A stretch of 64,000 bases of DNA from Gemmatimonadota bacterium (GTDB lineage Bacteria > Gemmatimonadota > Gemmatimonadetes > Gemmatimonadales > Gemmatimonadaceae), in assembly GCA_043757365.1 (NCBI GenBank), contig JAYVPN010000107.1, positions 73-64,072 on the forward strand. The letters run 5' to 3'. The notes under the pieces are model-generated. The model worked only from the letters and a program-made list of their open reading frames with translations. It was not told the origin of the DNA and searched no databases. A program made the translations under genes and the position numbers. Each line of letters opens with the position of its first letter. The stretch's first letter is position 1. Below are positions 25,601 to 36,139 of this stretch, piece by piece.

Positions 25601-27094
25601 ATGCGCTCTCCACTCCGCTGGCTCGACGAGCGAATCGATCTTACGGGAATCAAGCGGGCGCTGCTCGATCGCGAAGTGCCTGATCGGCTCACATGGTGGC
25701 ATACGCTCGGCAGCGCGACACTCACGGTCTTCGTGGTGCAGGTGATCACGGGAACGATGCTCGCCACGTACTACGCGGCATCGCCGGATCATGCGTACAG
25801 CAGCATCGAATACATCCAGCGCGAGGTCGCGAGCGGAGCGTTGATTCGTGGAATTCATCGTTGGGGTTCGAGCGCGATGGTCGTACTCGCGCTCGCCCAC
25901 ATGATTCGAGTGTTCAGCATGGGCGCATATAAGTACCCGCGCGAAGCGAACTGGATGCTGGGATCTCTCATGTTTGTACTCGTCCTTGGCTTTGGTTTCA
26001 CTGGCTATCTATTGCCGTGGGATCAGCGGGCGTACTGGGCGACGCAGGTCGGAACGAGCATTGCCGGCACAACGCCGCTGATCGGCTCCGTTCTTGGAAC
26101 GGTGCTACGCGGCGGATCGCAGCTCGGCGCAGCGACGCTCACTCGCTTCTACGCACTGCACGTACTCCTGCTGCCGCTGATGCTCGGTGTACTGATGCTT
26201 GTTCACCTCGCGCTTGTGATCCGCCAAGGCATCGCGCCGCGGACATCGGCGTTAGAGAAAGACGCGCCGGAACGCACGACGGACCCCTCGTATCCGGACT
26301 ACTACAAAAAGGCGTACGCCGCGACGAAACGTGCCGGCGTTCGTTTCTGGCCTGACGTGGTCGGCAAGGACTTGATTGTTGCGTTCGGTGTCGTCGCAAT
26401 ACTCGTCTTGTTGGCGCTTACCTTCGGCGCAGGTCTCGAGCCTCCGGCCGATCCCAGCGACAACGCGTACGTACCGGCGCCGGAATGGTATTTCCTTCCG
26501 CTGTATCAGATGCTGAAGCTCGTCCCTGGTTCGATGGAAAGTTTCGTCGCGGTCGGCATACCGACGCTTCTGATCGTCACACTCCTTGCGCTTCCATTCT
26601 TCGATACGAAGAGCCGTCGCAATCTGCGCCGCCGACCGCTGGCGATGCTCGCGCTCGTGGTGCTGCTCGGTGGCTCAGCCCTCCTCTTCGGCGCGGCGGC
26701 GCGCGATACGCAGCCGACCGTAGTCGCGGAGATCGGACGGCCTCTGTCATCGGCGGAGCGCGCTGGCCGCGCACTGTTCTCGCGTCAGTGCGCCGGATGT
26801 CATATGGTGCGCGGGCTCAAGGTATCTGAGAAGAAAGTTCGCGGAAAAGATGACGGACCAGAGCTGACGGAGATCGGGTTGCGGCACTCGTCTGCTTGGC
26901 TGCACAGTTTCATCGAAAATCCGACACGCTTTCGCGGTGACACGGCGCGAATGGCGGCGTTTGGGCCGCCGGTGTTGTCGCATCAGGAAATCGAAGAGGT
27001 CGCGATGTATGTCGGCGGGTTGCGCGGTCGTCCTGGCGCCAACCTGAAGGTGGAGTTTAAGGACACGTTCCCCGCACTGAAGAAACCGAAATAA
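25601..27094 (+). CDS. cytochrome b (b6 plus subunit IV-like) fused to a C-terminal monoheme cytochrome c domain
   Basis: Cytochrome b N-terminal motifs (WWHTLGSATL, GIHRWGSSAMV), about 8 TM helices, then CAGCHMV in the C-terminal soluble domain. Confidence 0.85.
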   Translation: MRSPLRWLDERIDLTGIKRALLDREVPDRLTWWHTLGSATLTVFVVQVITGTMLATYYAASPDHAYSSIEYIQREVASGALIRGIHRWGSSAMVVLALAHMIRVFSMGAYKYPREANWMLGSLMFVLVLGFGFTGYLLPWDQRAYWATQVGTSIAGTTPLIGSVLGTVLRGGSQLGAATLTRFYALHVLLLPLMLGVLMLVHLALVIRQGIAPRTSALEKDAPERTTDPSYPDYYKKAYAATKRAGVRFWPDVVGKDLIVAFGVVAILVLLALTFGAGLEPPADPSDNAYVPAPEWYFLPLYQMLKLVPGSMESFVAVGIPTLLIVTLLALPFFDTKSRRNLRRRPLAMLALVVLLGGSALLFGAAARDTQPTVVAEIGRPLSSAERAGRALFSRQCAGCHMVRGLKVSEKKVRGKDDGPELTEIGLRHSSAWLHSFIENPTRFRGDTARMAAFGPPVLSHQEIEEVAMYVGGLRGRPGANLKVEFKDTFPALKKPK

Positions 27095-27114
27095 TTCTGA
27101 GACTGGAGGTCCGA

Positions 27115-28299
27115 GTGAAACAGACAGGAGTTTTTGCCTTGGCCGTTACGGCGATCACGTTCACCCCGTCGGCTGCCCATGCGCTTCCCGCATGGGCCCG
27201 CAAGTACAACATGAACTGCTCTGGTTGCCATGCCCCGGCGGTTCCGCGGCTCAACGCGAAGGGCTTTGCGTTCAAGTGGGCCGGCTACCGCATGCCAGAG
27301 GAGATCGGCGAGAATCAGGAAGTCAAACAGATACAGGATTATCTCGCTGCCCGAGCGCGTGTTCAGTACCTCGTGGCGAAGACCGAGACGCAAGCGACGG
27401 AGACGAACTCGTTCAACCTGAATGATCAGACGCTCTTTGCCGCTGGTGCGATCGGCAAGAACTTTGGTGCGATGCTGGAGTTCTCCAATAGCGCCGAGGG
27501 CGTTGACCTGATGACGACACTCGTCGGCGTGTGGGGAAAGGAAAAGCAGTACTACGGAGTGCGGGGCGGCAAGATGCACTGGATATACGAGGGCGGCGTC
27601 GCCGGATTCGATCGCCCGACCGGCATCGACGATCCGACGCCGCTCAGCGGCCCGACCACTTCAGCGAACCCGTTCCAAATCACGCCTGATCAACTCGGCA
27701 TTGAAGCCTTCTATGTCGTCGGGAAAAACCGCATTGCCGTACAGGTGCTCAACAGCACCGCCACTAGCGGCCCGATGTCAACGGGTGCGAAGCCAACGAC
27801 AAAGGACTTCGCCCTCATCGAACAGTTCATTTACGATTCCCGTGGTTCGGGATTGACGGCGATGGGCTACTACGGCTCCATCGCCGGACTCGATACCACC
27901 GCGACGACGCTCCGCACCTCGCACTTCACGCGGATGGCATTCACCGCCAATAAGATCTTCAAACAGGTCGAAGTCCTCGGCGGATATGTCTACAGCAACG
28001 ATACCGATCTCCCAGTGGGTAGCGTATTCAATCGGTCGAGCATGACCGGATCGGGATACTGGGTCTACGGCGGTTACACCTTTCCAAGTGCGCTCACGAT
28101 CTTTTCGCGATACGAGGTCGTGAATCCGAATACCGACGCCACAAAGGAAGGGAATAACCGATTCGCCTTCGGCGGTGTATTGCCAATCAGCCTTCCCGAG
28201 TATCTGCGACTGGCCGCGGAGTACACACTCGACTCACCGCGAGCCGACGGTGGTCTCAAGAAGCATCGATTCTCACTTGAAATGATGTTCGCCTTCTGA
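27115..28299 (+). CDS. predicted outer-membrane beta-barrel protein carrying an N-terminal CxxCH motif
   Basis: Signal peptide ending AHA. WARKYNMNCSGCHAPAVPRLNAKGFAFKWAGYR, with CSGCH encoded at 27217..27231. Alternating beta-strand pattern. C-terminal ...LEMMFAF with terminal Phe. Confidence 0.6.
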   Translation: MKQTGVFALAVTAITFTPSAAHALPAWARKYNMNCSGCHAPAVPRLNAKGFAFKWAGYRMPEEIGENQEVKQIQDYLAARARVQYLVAKTETQATETNSFNLNDQTLFAAGAIGKNFGAMLEFSNSAEGVDLMTTLVGVWGKEKQYYGVRGGKMHWIYEGGVAGFDRPTGIDDPTPLSGPTTSANPFQITPDQLGIEAFYVVGKNRIAVQVLNSTATSGPMSTGAKPTTKDFALIEQFIYDSRGSGLTAMGYYGSIAGLDTTATTLRTSHFTRMAFTANKIFKQVEVLGGYVYSNDTDLPVGSVFNRSSMTGSGYWVYGGYTFPSALTIFSRYEVVNPNTDATKEGNNRFAFGGVLPISLPEYLRLAAEYTLDSPRADGGLKKHRFSLEMMFAF

Positions 28300-28316
28300 T
28301 ACGCGAGGATAGATCA

Positions 28317-28694
28317 ATGAAAACGATGGCGATACTACTCGTGACTCTTTCGATCGTTGCAGTCGCCGGCGCGCGTGAGGAACTGAGGAGTTCCACCGTC
28401 ACCGTCGCATCGATCGTGCGCCAAGAACCAGACGGCCGGTTACTCTACCTCAAGAACTGCCGGACGTGTCACGGCGCGACCGGCTTACCGTCGGACGAAA
28501 ACAAGGAGAAGTACCCGAAGATCAAGGCACTGAACGACGCCGTCTTCCTTGGCAAGCTCAGCGACGACTCCATCCTTACCGTGCTCAAGAAGGGAAAGGG
28601 CAAGGATATGAAGGCGTGGGGCGAGAAGCTGAATCCCGCCGAGATGGTTTCGGTGGTCAAGTACGTGCGCACCCTCCCGACGAAGAAGAGCTAG
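28317..28694 (+). CDS. class I monoheme cytochrome c
   Basis: Signal peptide, CRTCHG heme site, and a distal Met region (KDMKAWG). Confidence 0.8.
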   Translation: MKTMAILLVTLSIVAVAGAREELRSSTVTVASIVRQEPDGRLLYLKNCRTCHGATGLPSDENKEKYPKIKALNDAVFLGKLSDDSILTVLKKGKGKDMKAWGEKLNPAEMVSVVKYVRTLPTKKS

Positions 28695-28900
28695 CGAGGA
28701 GCGAAGGTCGCGATGCCGCGGCTCAGTTCGCGCACGACGTGATCTGAGCCGTGGCGAGCGCTGCGACGGGTAATGAGCCCGAACCACTGCTCGACCGGAA
28801 GGAGACGCGATCTGTTTGTCGGCGAGTATTGCACAGGGTAGCACGGGCCCTCAGCCAGCCACGCGTGCAGCAGGATCGCACGAAGGGACGCCAGTAACGT
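28691..28900 (-). pseudogene. C-terminal remnant of an IS630-family DDE transposase
   Basis: The translation ...HAWLAEG...QYSPTNRSRLLPVEQWFGLITRRSARHGSDHVVRELSRGIATF parallels the IS630 tail (AWL..HPR...HFTPTSASWLN.VE.WF..LTR...RRGS..SV..L...I..F). No N-terminal or DDE part is present. Confidence 0.5.
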
Positions 28901-28936
28901 CGGTCGCGCGAGTGTTACTTGAAGGAGGATCCGCAT

Positions 28937-29227
28937 ATGTCAAACAGTTCCGCAGCTCCCGATTCACACGCGCCGCACCGTCTGTCGATCGCGGTCGTCG
29001 GCCAGGCCACGAGCCTCTTTCTGACCATCAGCTTCCTGTTCTGTGTGCTGCTTGCGATCGTCACGCCGTACTCTGATCTCATGTGGTTCAAGATACTCCC
29101 CGGAGTCGCGCCGCTTACCTGGACCAGTACACTGCTCGGGGTTGTCGAGACACTGATCTACGGGTGGTATTTCGCGCTCGTCTTTGTGCCACTCTACAAC
29201 TGGGCGGCAAGCCGCCGAGGGCGTTAA
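28937..29227 (+). CDS. small membrane protein (2-3 TM)
   Basis: GGAGGA upstream of the ATG at 28937. Hydrophobic core LFLTISFLFCVLLAIV...LLGVVETLIYGWYFALVFVPLYNW. Confidence 0.55.
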   Translation: MSNSSAAPDSHAPHRLSIAVVGQATSLFLTISFLFCVLLAIVTPYSDLMWFKILPGVAPLTWTSTLLGVVETLIYGWYFALVFVPLYNWAASRRGR

Positions 29228-29514
29228 GTACCTATCTCTTCCGGAGATCGGGATCAGCCGGTCGCCCGGAGGAAGCGTTTCTCACGACGGTGGTCGAGGA
29301 AAACCGACGCACACCACACAAAAGGTGCAGCCTTCGGTTCCACCCTGCGGGCGATTCGCCAAGACGGTGACATGCGGTAAATTCCGCGATCCGACTGTGC
29401 TACCTTTTCCACCACTGTTCCGACCCGCGCGCGAAACAGAGCGCCGTTGCCGATGACGCTGTGATCGCCAGTGGCGAGTGTACTGGGCACCGCCCCGGGC
29501 TATAGAACCAGCTT

Positions 29515-30219
29515 CTATCGAATTGCGGCGCGTACGCTGGCACGCCACGTCGCGTGCTCATACGCGCCGGTCCAGTACAGGCCGAATGCGAATCCAAAGA
29601 GCAGCTCCTCAACGGGGATTCCGTAGATCAGTCCTCCGCGAAGCGCCGGAAGATTCCAGACCTGCTCGATGTAGCCCGGCGTCAACCACTTGAGCCCAAG
29701 CATGAACACCGCATAGAGGCTGAGAAAGAGGAATCCGCCGATGAGAGTCTTCACCCTCAGCGACGGTCGACAGAGGACTGATGCAATCGCACCGATAACG
29801 AGGCAGACAATGCTCGGATAGATCGGATTCCAAGGAAAGAAGTAGAGCGGCACGAACAGTATGAACGGCACGAACAGCGCCGCCCGATGAAACCGATGAC
29901 GCGATCGATGCCGCTCAGCGTCGCTGACCTGAACGAGATCTTGTCGCCGAAGCGTGTTGTACAGCACGGCACCGATTCCTCCGATGGCGAACGCGAAGAT
30001 CAAGCTCTCGACATCAAAACCGGTTCGCCGGGCAAGCTCGAACAGGCTCGGCGGATTCCAATATCTCGGTACGAAGATCGGCTCCGTGAACCCCAACAGC
30101 GCGGTCACCGCGCTGACGCGCCACATGAGTGCTCGGCGCTTCGCGTTGAACGCATAGAGCACGAGCCACGGAACGAGAAACGCGCTCGACCAAATCAGCC
30201 AGACATCGTGATATTTCAC
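29515..30219 (-). CDS. integral membrane protein (lycopene-cyclase-domain-like, tentative)
   Basis: About 7 TM helices. GIPVEELLFGFAFG resembles the PxEE motif of CrtYc/d-type cyclase domains. Confidence 0.5.
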   Translation of the reverse strand: MKYHDVWLIWSSAFLVPWLVLYAFNAKRRALMWRVSAVTALLGFTEPIFVPRYWNPPSLFELARRTGFDVESLIFAFAIGGIGAVLYNTLRRQDLVQVSDAERHRSRHRFHRAALFVPFILFVPLYFFPWNPIYPSIVCLVIGAIASVLCRPSLRVKTLIGGFLFLSLYAVFMLGLKWLTPGYIEQVWNLPALRGGLIYGIPVEELLFGFAFGLYWTGAYEHATWRASVRAAIR

Positions 30220-30431
30220 GTGACAGTCCTTTGTGCCGTACCATCGTGCAGCGGCACGTCCTTGTCAGAAAATGACATCAAACCGATCATCGCGGCATCC
30301 GCCACGAAGCGTGAGCGGCAGCCAAGGGCAGTCTGGCCGATGACAAAATGTCCGTGCGTATTCGCTCTGCATACCTCAGCCGCCTCATGTGTTGCTTCAT
30401 CCGTCGGCTCCGCACCTCCGCATGGGCCCGT

Positions 30432-31091
30432 TCACGCTGCCCTCCCTGGTCGCAACATGTCGTGAGAGGGAAAGCCGCCGAGATTGCGATAGCGTAAGTG
30501 CAGATAGATGAGCAGACTGAGTGTCGCGGCGAAGAAGCACCAGACCGACACGAGCGCGCGCGTATACAAGAAGTAGGTCGCAATGAACGACAGGAATGCC
30601 AGCATGCCGAATAATCGCACGAACGTATGGCTCGAGACAAAACCCGTGAAGCAGGTGGCGACGACATAGAGCGCCGTCACGGGCACGAGATAGAAGTGCG
30701 GGGAGTTGTACACGATGTGCTGACCGATGACCGATGCGACAACCGATCCCGCGACGCTGAAGTACAAGAGGTATAGTCCCACCGCGAGGCCCACCGCTTG
30801 AAACCAGAGCATCGCCGTGCGACGCCATGGCGTCGTCTCGAGTGCACGAAACGCGAACGGAATGTAGATCGGCCAGAGCACGTGCGAAAACAACGAGAAC
30901 ACGTACGTCATCGCCTGCTTCAGCAACGGAGCGTCATGGATGACTCCCTCAACGAGTTGTTGGATCCCGAACAGCAGCGGTATCATCGCGAACGGAAGCT
31001 CGGATCGCCGCTCAGCCTTCGTGATCGTCACCACGCCGATCCCTGAGCGCGCGGTACCGGCGACGAAACTTGCGGTTGCAGAGAAGCACAT
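30432..31091 (-). CDS. integral membrane protein of unknown function (DUF6629-like, from memory)
   Basis: Starts MCFSATASFVAG...PLLFGIQQLVEG and has about 6 TM helices. Lies 22 nt downstream of the phosphoketolase gene. Confidence 0.55.
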   Translation of the reverse strand: MCFSATASFVAGTARSGIGVVTITKAERRSELPFAMIPLLFGIQQLVEGVIHDAPLLKQAMTYVFSLFSHVLWPIYIPFAFRALETTPWRRTAMLWFQAVGLAVGLYLLYFSVAGSVVASVIGQHIVYNSPHFYLVPVTALYVVATCFTGFVSSHTFVRLFGMLAFLSFIATYFLYTRALVSVWCFFAATLSLLIYLHLRYRNLGGFPSHDMLRPGRAA

Positions 31092-31113
31092 TGGCGGAAT
31101 TCTCAGTTGATTG

Positions 31114-33477
31114 TCAGCGCGCGCGCCATACCCAATTCCGAATCTCCGGCATGTCCTCGCCGTACTCGCGAATGTAGCGATGATGCTCCGCTAGCTTGTC
31201 GCGTAAGAGTTGTTTCGCGGGCGCGGCCCGCTCGGTGACACTAGGCACGCGATCGATCACATCATTGGCAAGATGGAAGCGGTCGAGTTCGTTGAGCACC
31301 GTCATGTCGAACGGCGTCGTCGTGGTGCCCTCTTCCTTGAAACCGTGTACGTGAAGGTTCGCGTGGTTGGTGCGCCGATACGTCAGACGATGGATCAACG
31401 ACGGATATCCGTGAAACGCGAATATGATGGGCTTGTCTCGCGTGAACAGCGCGTCGAACGCCTCGTCAGTCAGTCCATGCGGATGCGCCGTCTGCGGCTG
31501 GAGCGTCATCAGGTCCACAACGTTGACGACGCGAATCGTCAGCTCGGGCACGAGCGTTCGCAGCAACTCGACCGCGGCGAGTGTTTCCAGCGTCGGCACG
31601 TCGCCGGCACACGCCATCACCACATCCGGGTCATGCCCCTCATCGTTGCCGGCCCACTGCCAGATGCTGACTCCGGCCCGGCAATGCGCGATCGCAGCGT
31701 CCATGTCGAGCCACTGCAGTTCGGGCTGTTTGCCTGCGATGATCACGTTCACGAAGTGTCGACTTCGCAAACAATGATCCGTCACCGAGAGCAGCGTGTT
31801 CGCATCGGGCGGCAGATACACGCGCACCGTGTCCGCCTTCTTGTTCATCACGAGATCGAGGAACCCGGGATCCTGATGCGTGAACCCATTGTGATCCTGC
31901 CGCCACACGTGTGATGAGAGCAGGTAGTTCAACGACGCGATCGGGCGCCGCCACGGAATGTTTCGACTGACCGCCAGCCACTTGGCATGCTGGTTGAACA
32001 TCGAATCCACGATATGAATGAACGCTTCGTAGCAGGAGAACAGGCCGTGCCGGCCCGTGAGGAGATAGCCTTCCAGCCACCCCTGGCAGAGATGCTCGCT
32101 GAGCACCTCCATCACACGCCCATCTGGAGCGATGTGCTCGTCCGTCTCCAGGATCGCGGCGGTTGAGACGCGATCGGTCACGTCGAACAGTGCCGTCAGG
32201 CGATTCGATGCCGTCTCGTCCGGGCCGACCACCCGAAAATTGCGGTGCGCCGAATTCAGCGTCATCACGTCCCGCAGCAACCCTCCCGTGATGCGGGTCG
32301 CCTCGGCCACCACCGTGCCCGGGTGCGGCACGGCCACGGCGTAGTCTCGAAAGTCCGGCATCTTCAGGTCCTGCAGCAGCAGTCCGCCGTTCGCATGCGG
32401 ATTGGCGCCCATCCGCCGCTGACCCTTCGGCGCCAATTCCTGGAGCTTCGGCATCAGGGATCCATTCGCGTCGAACAGCTCGTCGGGCTTGTAGCTCCTG
32501 AGCCACTGTTCGAGCTGCTCGAGATGTTCGGGCTTCGTTGCAAGTTCCGCGAGCGGCACCTGATGCGCGCGCCACGTGCCTTCGACCGCACGTCCATCGA
32601 CGACCTTGGGTCCCGTCCATCCCTTGGGCGTGCGAAAAATGATCATCGGCCAGCGGGGCCGCGTGCGAAAGCCCTCGCGGCGCGCCGTGCCCTGTATCTC
32701 CTTGATCTCCGCGACGATCGTATCGAGCGTTGCCGCGAGTTGCTGATGCACTTCGGCGGGTTCGCTGCCTTCGACGACGTACGGATGGTAGCCGTACCCT
32801 CGGAACAGCTGCTCCAGCTCCTCGGCTGTGATGCGAGCCAGCACCGTGGGATTGGCGATCTTGTAGCCGTTCAGATGGAGGATCGGCAGCACCGCGCCAT
32901 CGTGCACAGGATTCAAGAACTTGTTCGAGTGCCAGCTGGCAGCGAGCGCTCCCGTTTCTGCCTCACCGTCACCGACCACGCACGCGACGATCAGGTCGGG
33001 GTTGTCGAACGCGGCGCCGTACGCATGCGCGAGCGAGTACCCAAGCTCGCCGCCTTCGTTGATCGACCCCGGCGTCTCGGGCGCCACATGACTGGGAATT
33101 CCCCCGGGAAACGAGAATCGCTTGAAGAGCCGCAGCATCCCGCGTTCGTCTCGAGAGACGTTTGGATAGAATTCGCTGTAGCTGCCCTCGAGATACGTGT
33201 TCGCCACGATGCCGGGCCCACCGTGTCCCGGTCCCGTCACGTAGATCATGTTGAGATCGTACTGCGTGATGATCCTGTTGAGATGGACGTACAGAAAGTT
33301 CAACCCGGGCGTGGTACCCCAATGTCCGAGGAGCCGCGGCTTGATGTGCTCGAGGGTCAGCGGAGCAGCGAGCAGCGGATTGTCGAGCAGATAGATTTGC
33401 CCCGCCGAGAGATAATTCGCGGCGCGCCAATAGGCATGCATCTGCGCCAGCAGCTCGGTGGAGAGCGGTCCATTCAT
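31114..33477 (-). CDS. xfp: xylulose-5-phosphate/fructose-6-phosphate phosphoketolase
   Basis: 787 aa. N-terminus [24 protein letters not shown]...[10 protein letters not shown] and GPGHGGP/EGGELGY signatures. Confidence 0.92.
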   Translation of the reverse strand: MNGPLSTELLAQMHAYWRAANYLSAGQIYLLDNPLLAAPLTLEHIKPRLLGHWGTTPGLNFLYVHLNRIITQYDLNMIYVTGPGHGGPGIVANTYLEGSYSEFYPNVSRDERGMLRLFKRFSFPGGIPSHVAPETPGSINEGGELGYSLAHAYGAAFDNPDLIVACVVGDGEAETGALAASWHSNKFLNPVHDGAVLPILHLNGYKIANPTVLARITAEELEQLFRGYGYHPYVVEGSEPAEVHQQLAATLDTIVAEIKEIQGTARREGFRTRPRWPMIIFRTPKGWTGPKVVDGRAVEGTWRAHQVPLAELATKPEHLEQLEQWLRSYKPDELFDANGSLMPKLQELAPKGQRRMGANPHANGGLLLQDLKMPDFRDYAVAVPHPGTVVAEATRITGGLLRDVMTLNSAHRNFRVVGPDETASNRLTALFDVTDRVSTAAILETDEHIAPDGRVMEVLSEHLCQGWLEGYLLTGRHGLFSCYEAFIHIVDSMFNQHAKWLAVSRNIPWRRPIASLNYLLSSHVWRQDHNGFTHQDPGFLDLVMNKKADTVRVYLPPDANTLLSVTDHCLRSRHFVNVIIAGKQPELQWLDMDAAIAHCRAGVSIWQWAGNDEGHDPDVVMACAGDVPTLETLAAVELLRTLVPELTIRVVNVVDLMTLQPQTAHPHGLTDEAFDALFTRDKPIIFAFHGYPSLIHRLTYRRTNHANLHVHGFKEEGTTTTPFDMTVLNELDRFHLANDVIDRVPSVTERAAPAKQLLRDKLAEHHRYIREYGEDMPEIRNWVWRAR

Positions 33478-33545
33478 TATTCAGCGCTTCACGATCGGCG
33501 GCCTAGCTCGCGCGCCATCGACTCCACAATCCGCTGACATATTCC

Positions 33546-36122
33546 TCAGGACATTCCCGGCATTCCGGGCATTGGTGACACGTGCGCGTCGCGCGGTGGT
33601 GCAATCGGCGCGGGCGGGTTCGCTGCCGGCGGGCTTCGGGGCGGTGCGCTCCTGATGCCGTCGAGTTTTGTCCGCTTGAGCATCAGCGCATTGATCGCCA
33701 CGATGGCCGAACTGCCGGACATCGACAGCGCGGCGATTTCGGGCGACAGCGTAAACGGATACAACACGCCCGCCGCTAGGGGAAACGCGATCACATTGTA
33801 ACCAACTGCCCACCAGAGGTTCTGATGCATCTTGCGCAAGGTGGCGCGCGAGAGCTCGATCGCCGCGACGATGTCGTATGGATCGCTTTTCATGAGCACG
33901 ACGTCGGCGCTCTCCATCGCAACGTCGGTGCCAGCGCCGATGGCAAATCCGACGTCCGCCTGAGTCAGCGCGGGCGCGTCGTTGACGCCGTCGCCGACCA
34001 TCCCGACCTTCTTGCCCGTCGCTTGCAGCTCCTTGACCTTCTCGGCTTTCTGCCCGGGCAGTACGTCGGCGAGTACGCTCGTGATCCCGAGGTCCGCGGC
34101 GATTCGCTTGGCGGTGCCCGCGTTGTCGCCGGTCAGCATCACCACTTCGATACCGCGCTCCCGCAGCTTTGCCACGGCGGCCTTGGCGGTGGGTCGCACC
34201 GCGTCAGCGATGGCAATGAGTCCGAGCACACGACCGCCCTGCGCCACGTGGACCACGGTTCGGCCTTCGCCTTGCAATCGAGCGGCGTCGGCTTCGAGTG
34301 ATCCGAGCGCGAGCTTCTGTGTATCCATCAGCAGACGGTTACCGAGGAAAACCGTGCCCCCTGCGGTTTCTGCCTGTGCTCCCATGCCGTCGATGTTCTT
34401 GAAACCGGTCGGCACGACGACGGTCAGTTTGGATGCCCGACGCTGAATGGCCTGCGCGAGCGGGTGGGCGGATCCCTGTTCGACGGCGGCCGCCGCGAGC
34501 AGCACCGTCTCCTCCGTGACTCCCTCGGCCATCACTATTTCCACGACGTCCGGCTTGCCTAGCGTGAGTGTGCCGGTCTTATCGAAGATGATGACCGTCA
34601 GCTTCGTTGCGTCTTCCAGCGCCGATGCGTTCTTGAAGAGAATGCCATTCATGGCGCCGAGGCCCGTACCAACCATCACAGCCATCGGCGTGGCGAGGCC
34701 CAGGGCGTCCGGGCACGCGATGACGAAGACCGTTATGGTCAAAGTCAGCGCAAAGAGCAGCGGCTGCCCGAGCAGCCAGAACCATATAGCGAACGTCGCG
34801 AGTCCGACGACGATCGCGGCCAGCACCAGCCACTGCGCGGCCTTGTCGGCGAGGAGTTGCGCGGGCGCCTTCGAGTTCTGCGCCTCCTGCACCAGCTTCA
34901 CGATCTGCGCGAGCGCCGTGTCCGCTCCAACCTTTGTCGCCTTGTAGCGAAAGCTGCCGCTCGTGTTCATCGTCGCGCCGATCACCGTGGAGCCGGGTCC
35001 TTTCTGCACGGGCATCGACTCGCCAGACAGCATGGACTCGTCGACCAGCGATTCACCCGTCTCGACCGTTCCGTCGACCGGAATCTTGTTGCCGGGCCGG
35101 ATCACGACGACGTCGCCCACGATCACGTCAGCGGTCGACAGCTCGACCTCGGCGCCGTTGCGGATCACCGAGGCCTTCGCCGGCGTCAGGTCCATCAGCG
35201 CGCGAATGGCAGACGACGCGCCGGCACGGGCGCGCATCTCGAGCCAATGACCAAGCAGGATGAAGACCAGCAGTACCGCAGACGCTTCGAAGAACTGGTC
35301 GCTCGTGAAGAGGAAGGTGGCACCGACGCTGAACAGATAGCCGGTGCCGACGCTCAGCACGACGAGCACCGCCATGTTCAACGTGGCGGTCTTGATCGCG
35401 CGCCATGCGGCAACGAAGAACGGCCAGCTCGGATAGAGGATGGCGGCACTAGCGAGGAAGAACAGCCACCGGTTGAGCGCCAGACCGAATGGAGGTTCGG
35501 GCGCCGGAAAGAGATTGCCCATCGGTGAGTACACGAAGATCGGCACCGTGAACAGCAGGCAGATCCAGAATCGATTGCGCATGTCGCGCGCCATCGCGGG
35601 CAAATCCATGTCGCCGCCGTGACCCATCTCGCGAGCCATGTCCGACGACATGGCGGGTTGCTGGCCGTGCGCCGTGTGAACCGGGTGATCTTCGATTGCG
35701 GGTGCTGAGGGCGCAGTGGCTGGTGTGGGAGCCGCGGCAGGGATGCCTTCCGGTACGGCTGTCGTCGCAGCTTCAGCCTTGGGCATTTCGGCAGGCTTGG
35801 GCGTGGCGGCAGGAGAAGCTTGCGGCGTCATCGCAGCATGTGTCTCACCGTGGGCGACCGACCCATGCTTCTGCGCTGGCTTGTGTCGGATCACATGTCG
35901 GGGCAGAGCTTCATTTGCCTGATACCCGCACTTGTACACCCGCGCCTTGATTTCGGCGATCGTGACCTGCGTTTCGTCGTATCGCACCGTCGCGTTCGCC
36001 GCGGCGTAGTTGACCGTCGCGCTATACACGCCCTTGAGCTTGCCAAGTTGATGCTCGACGCCGTGGGAGCTCAGCGCGGACAGCATGCCGCCCACTTCAA
36101 TGACGCTTGTCTTCATGGCCAT
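33546..36122 (-). CDS. P1B-type heavy-metal (copper) translocating ATPase with non-canonical CPD motif
   Basis: [15 protein letters not shown](x4)P and MSGSS motifs. The TM4 motif reads [11 protein letters not shown] (CPD encoded at 34707..34715). The N-terminal HMA-like fold lacks CxxC ([11 protein letters not shown]). Start taken at 36122/36116, 17 nt after the ppk2 stop. Confidence 0.9.
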   Translation of the reverse strand: MAMKTSVIEVGGMLSALSSHGVEHQLGKLKGVYSATVNYAAANATVRYDETQVTIAEIKARVYKCGYQANEALPRHVIRHKPAQKHGSVAHGETHAAMTPQASPAATPKPAEMPKAEAATTAVPEGIPAAAPTPATAPSAPAIEDHPVHTAHGQQPAMSSDMAREMGHGGDMDLPAMARDMRNRFWICLLFTVPIFVYSPMGNLFPAPEPPFGLALNRWLFFLASAAILYPSWPFFVAAWRAIKTATLNMAVLVVLSVGTGYLFSVGATFLFTSDQFFEASAVLLVFILLGHWLEMRARAGASSAIRALMDLTPAKASVIRNGAEVELSTADVIVGDVVVIRPGNKIPVDGTVETGESLVDESMLSGESMPVQKGPGSTVIGATMNTSGSFRYKATKVGADTALAQIVKLVQEAQNSKAPAQLLADKAAQWLVLAAIVVGLATFAIWFWLLGQPLLFALTLTITVFVIACPDALGLATPMAVMVGTGLGAMNGILFKNASALEDATKLTVIIFDKTGTLTLGKPDVVEIVMAEGVTEETVLLAAAAVEQGSAHPLAQAIQRRASKLTVVVPTGFKNIDGMGAQAETAGGTVFLGNRLLMDTQKLALGSLEADAARLQGEGRTVVHVAQGGRVLGLIAIADAVRPTAKAAVAKLRERGIEVVMLTGDNAGTAKRIAADLGITSVLADVLPGQKAEKVKELQATGKKVGMVGDGVNDAPALTQADVGFAIGAGTDVAMESADVVLMKSDPYDIVAAIELSRATLRKMHQNLWWAVGYNVIAFPLAAGVLYPFTLSPEIAALSMSGSSAIVAINALMLKRTKLDGIRSAPPRSPPAANPPAPIAPPRDAHVSPMPGMPGMS

Positions 36123-36139
36123 TCCGTAGAAAGTTGCAT

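Noticed and set aside
29254-29490. Minus-strand ORF with a hexapeptide-repeat-like stretch (LATGDHSVIGNGALFRARVG)
   Set aside because: There is only one short, weak repeat-like segment, no plausible start context, and low-complexity sequence around it. This is insufficient to call a gene or a pseudogene.
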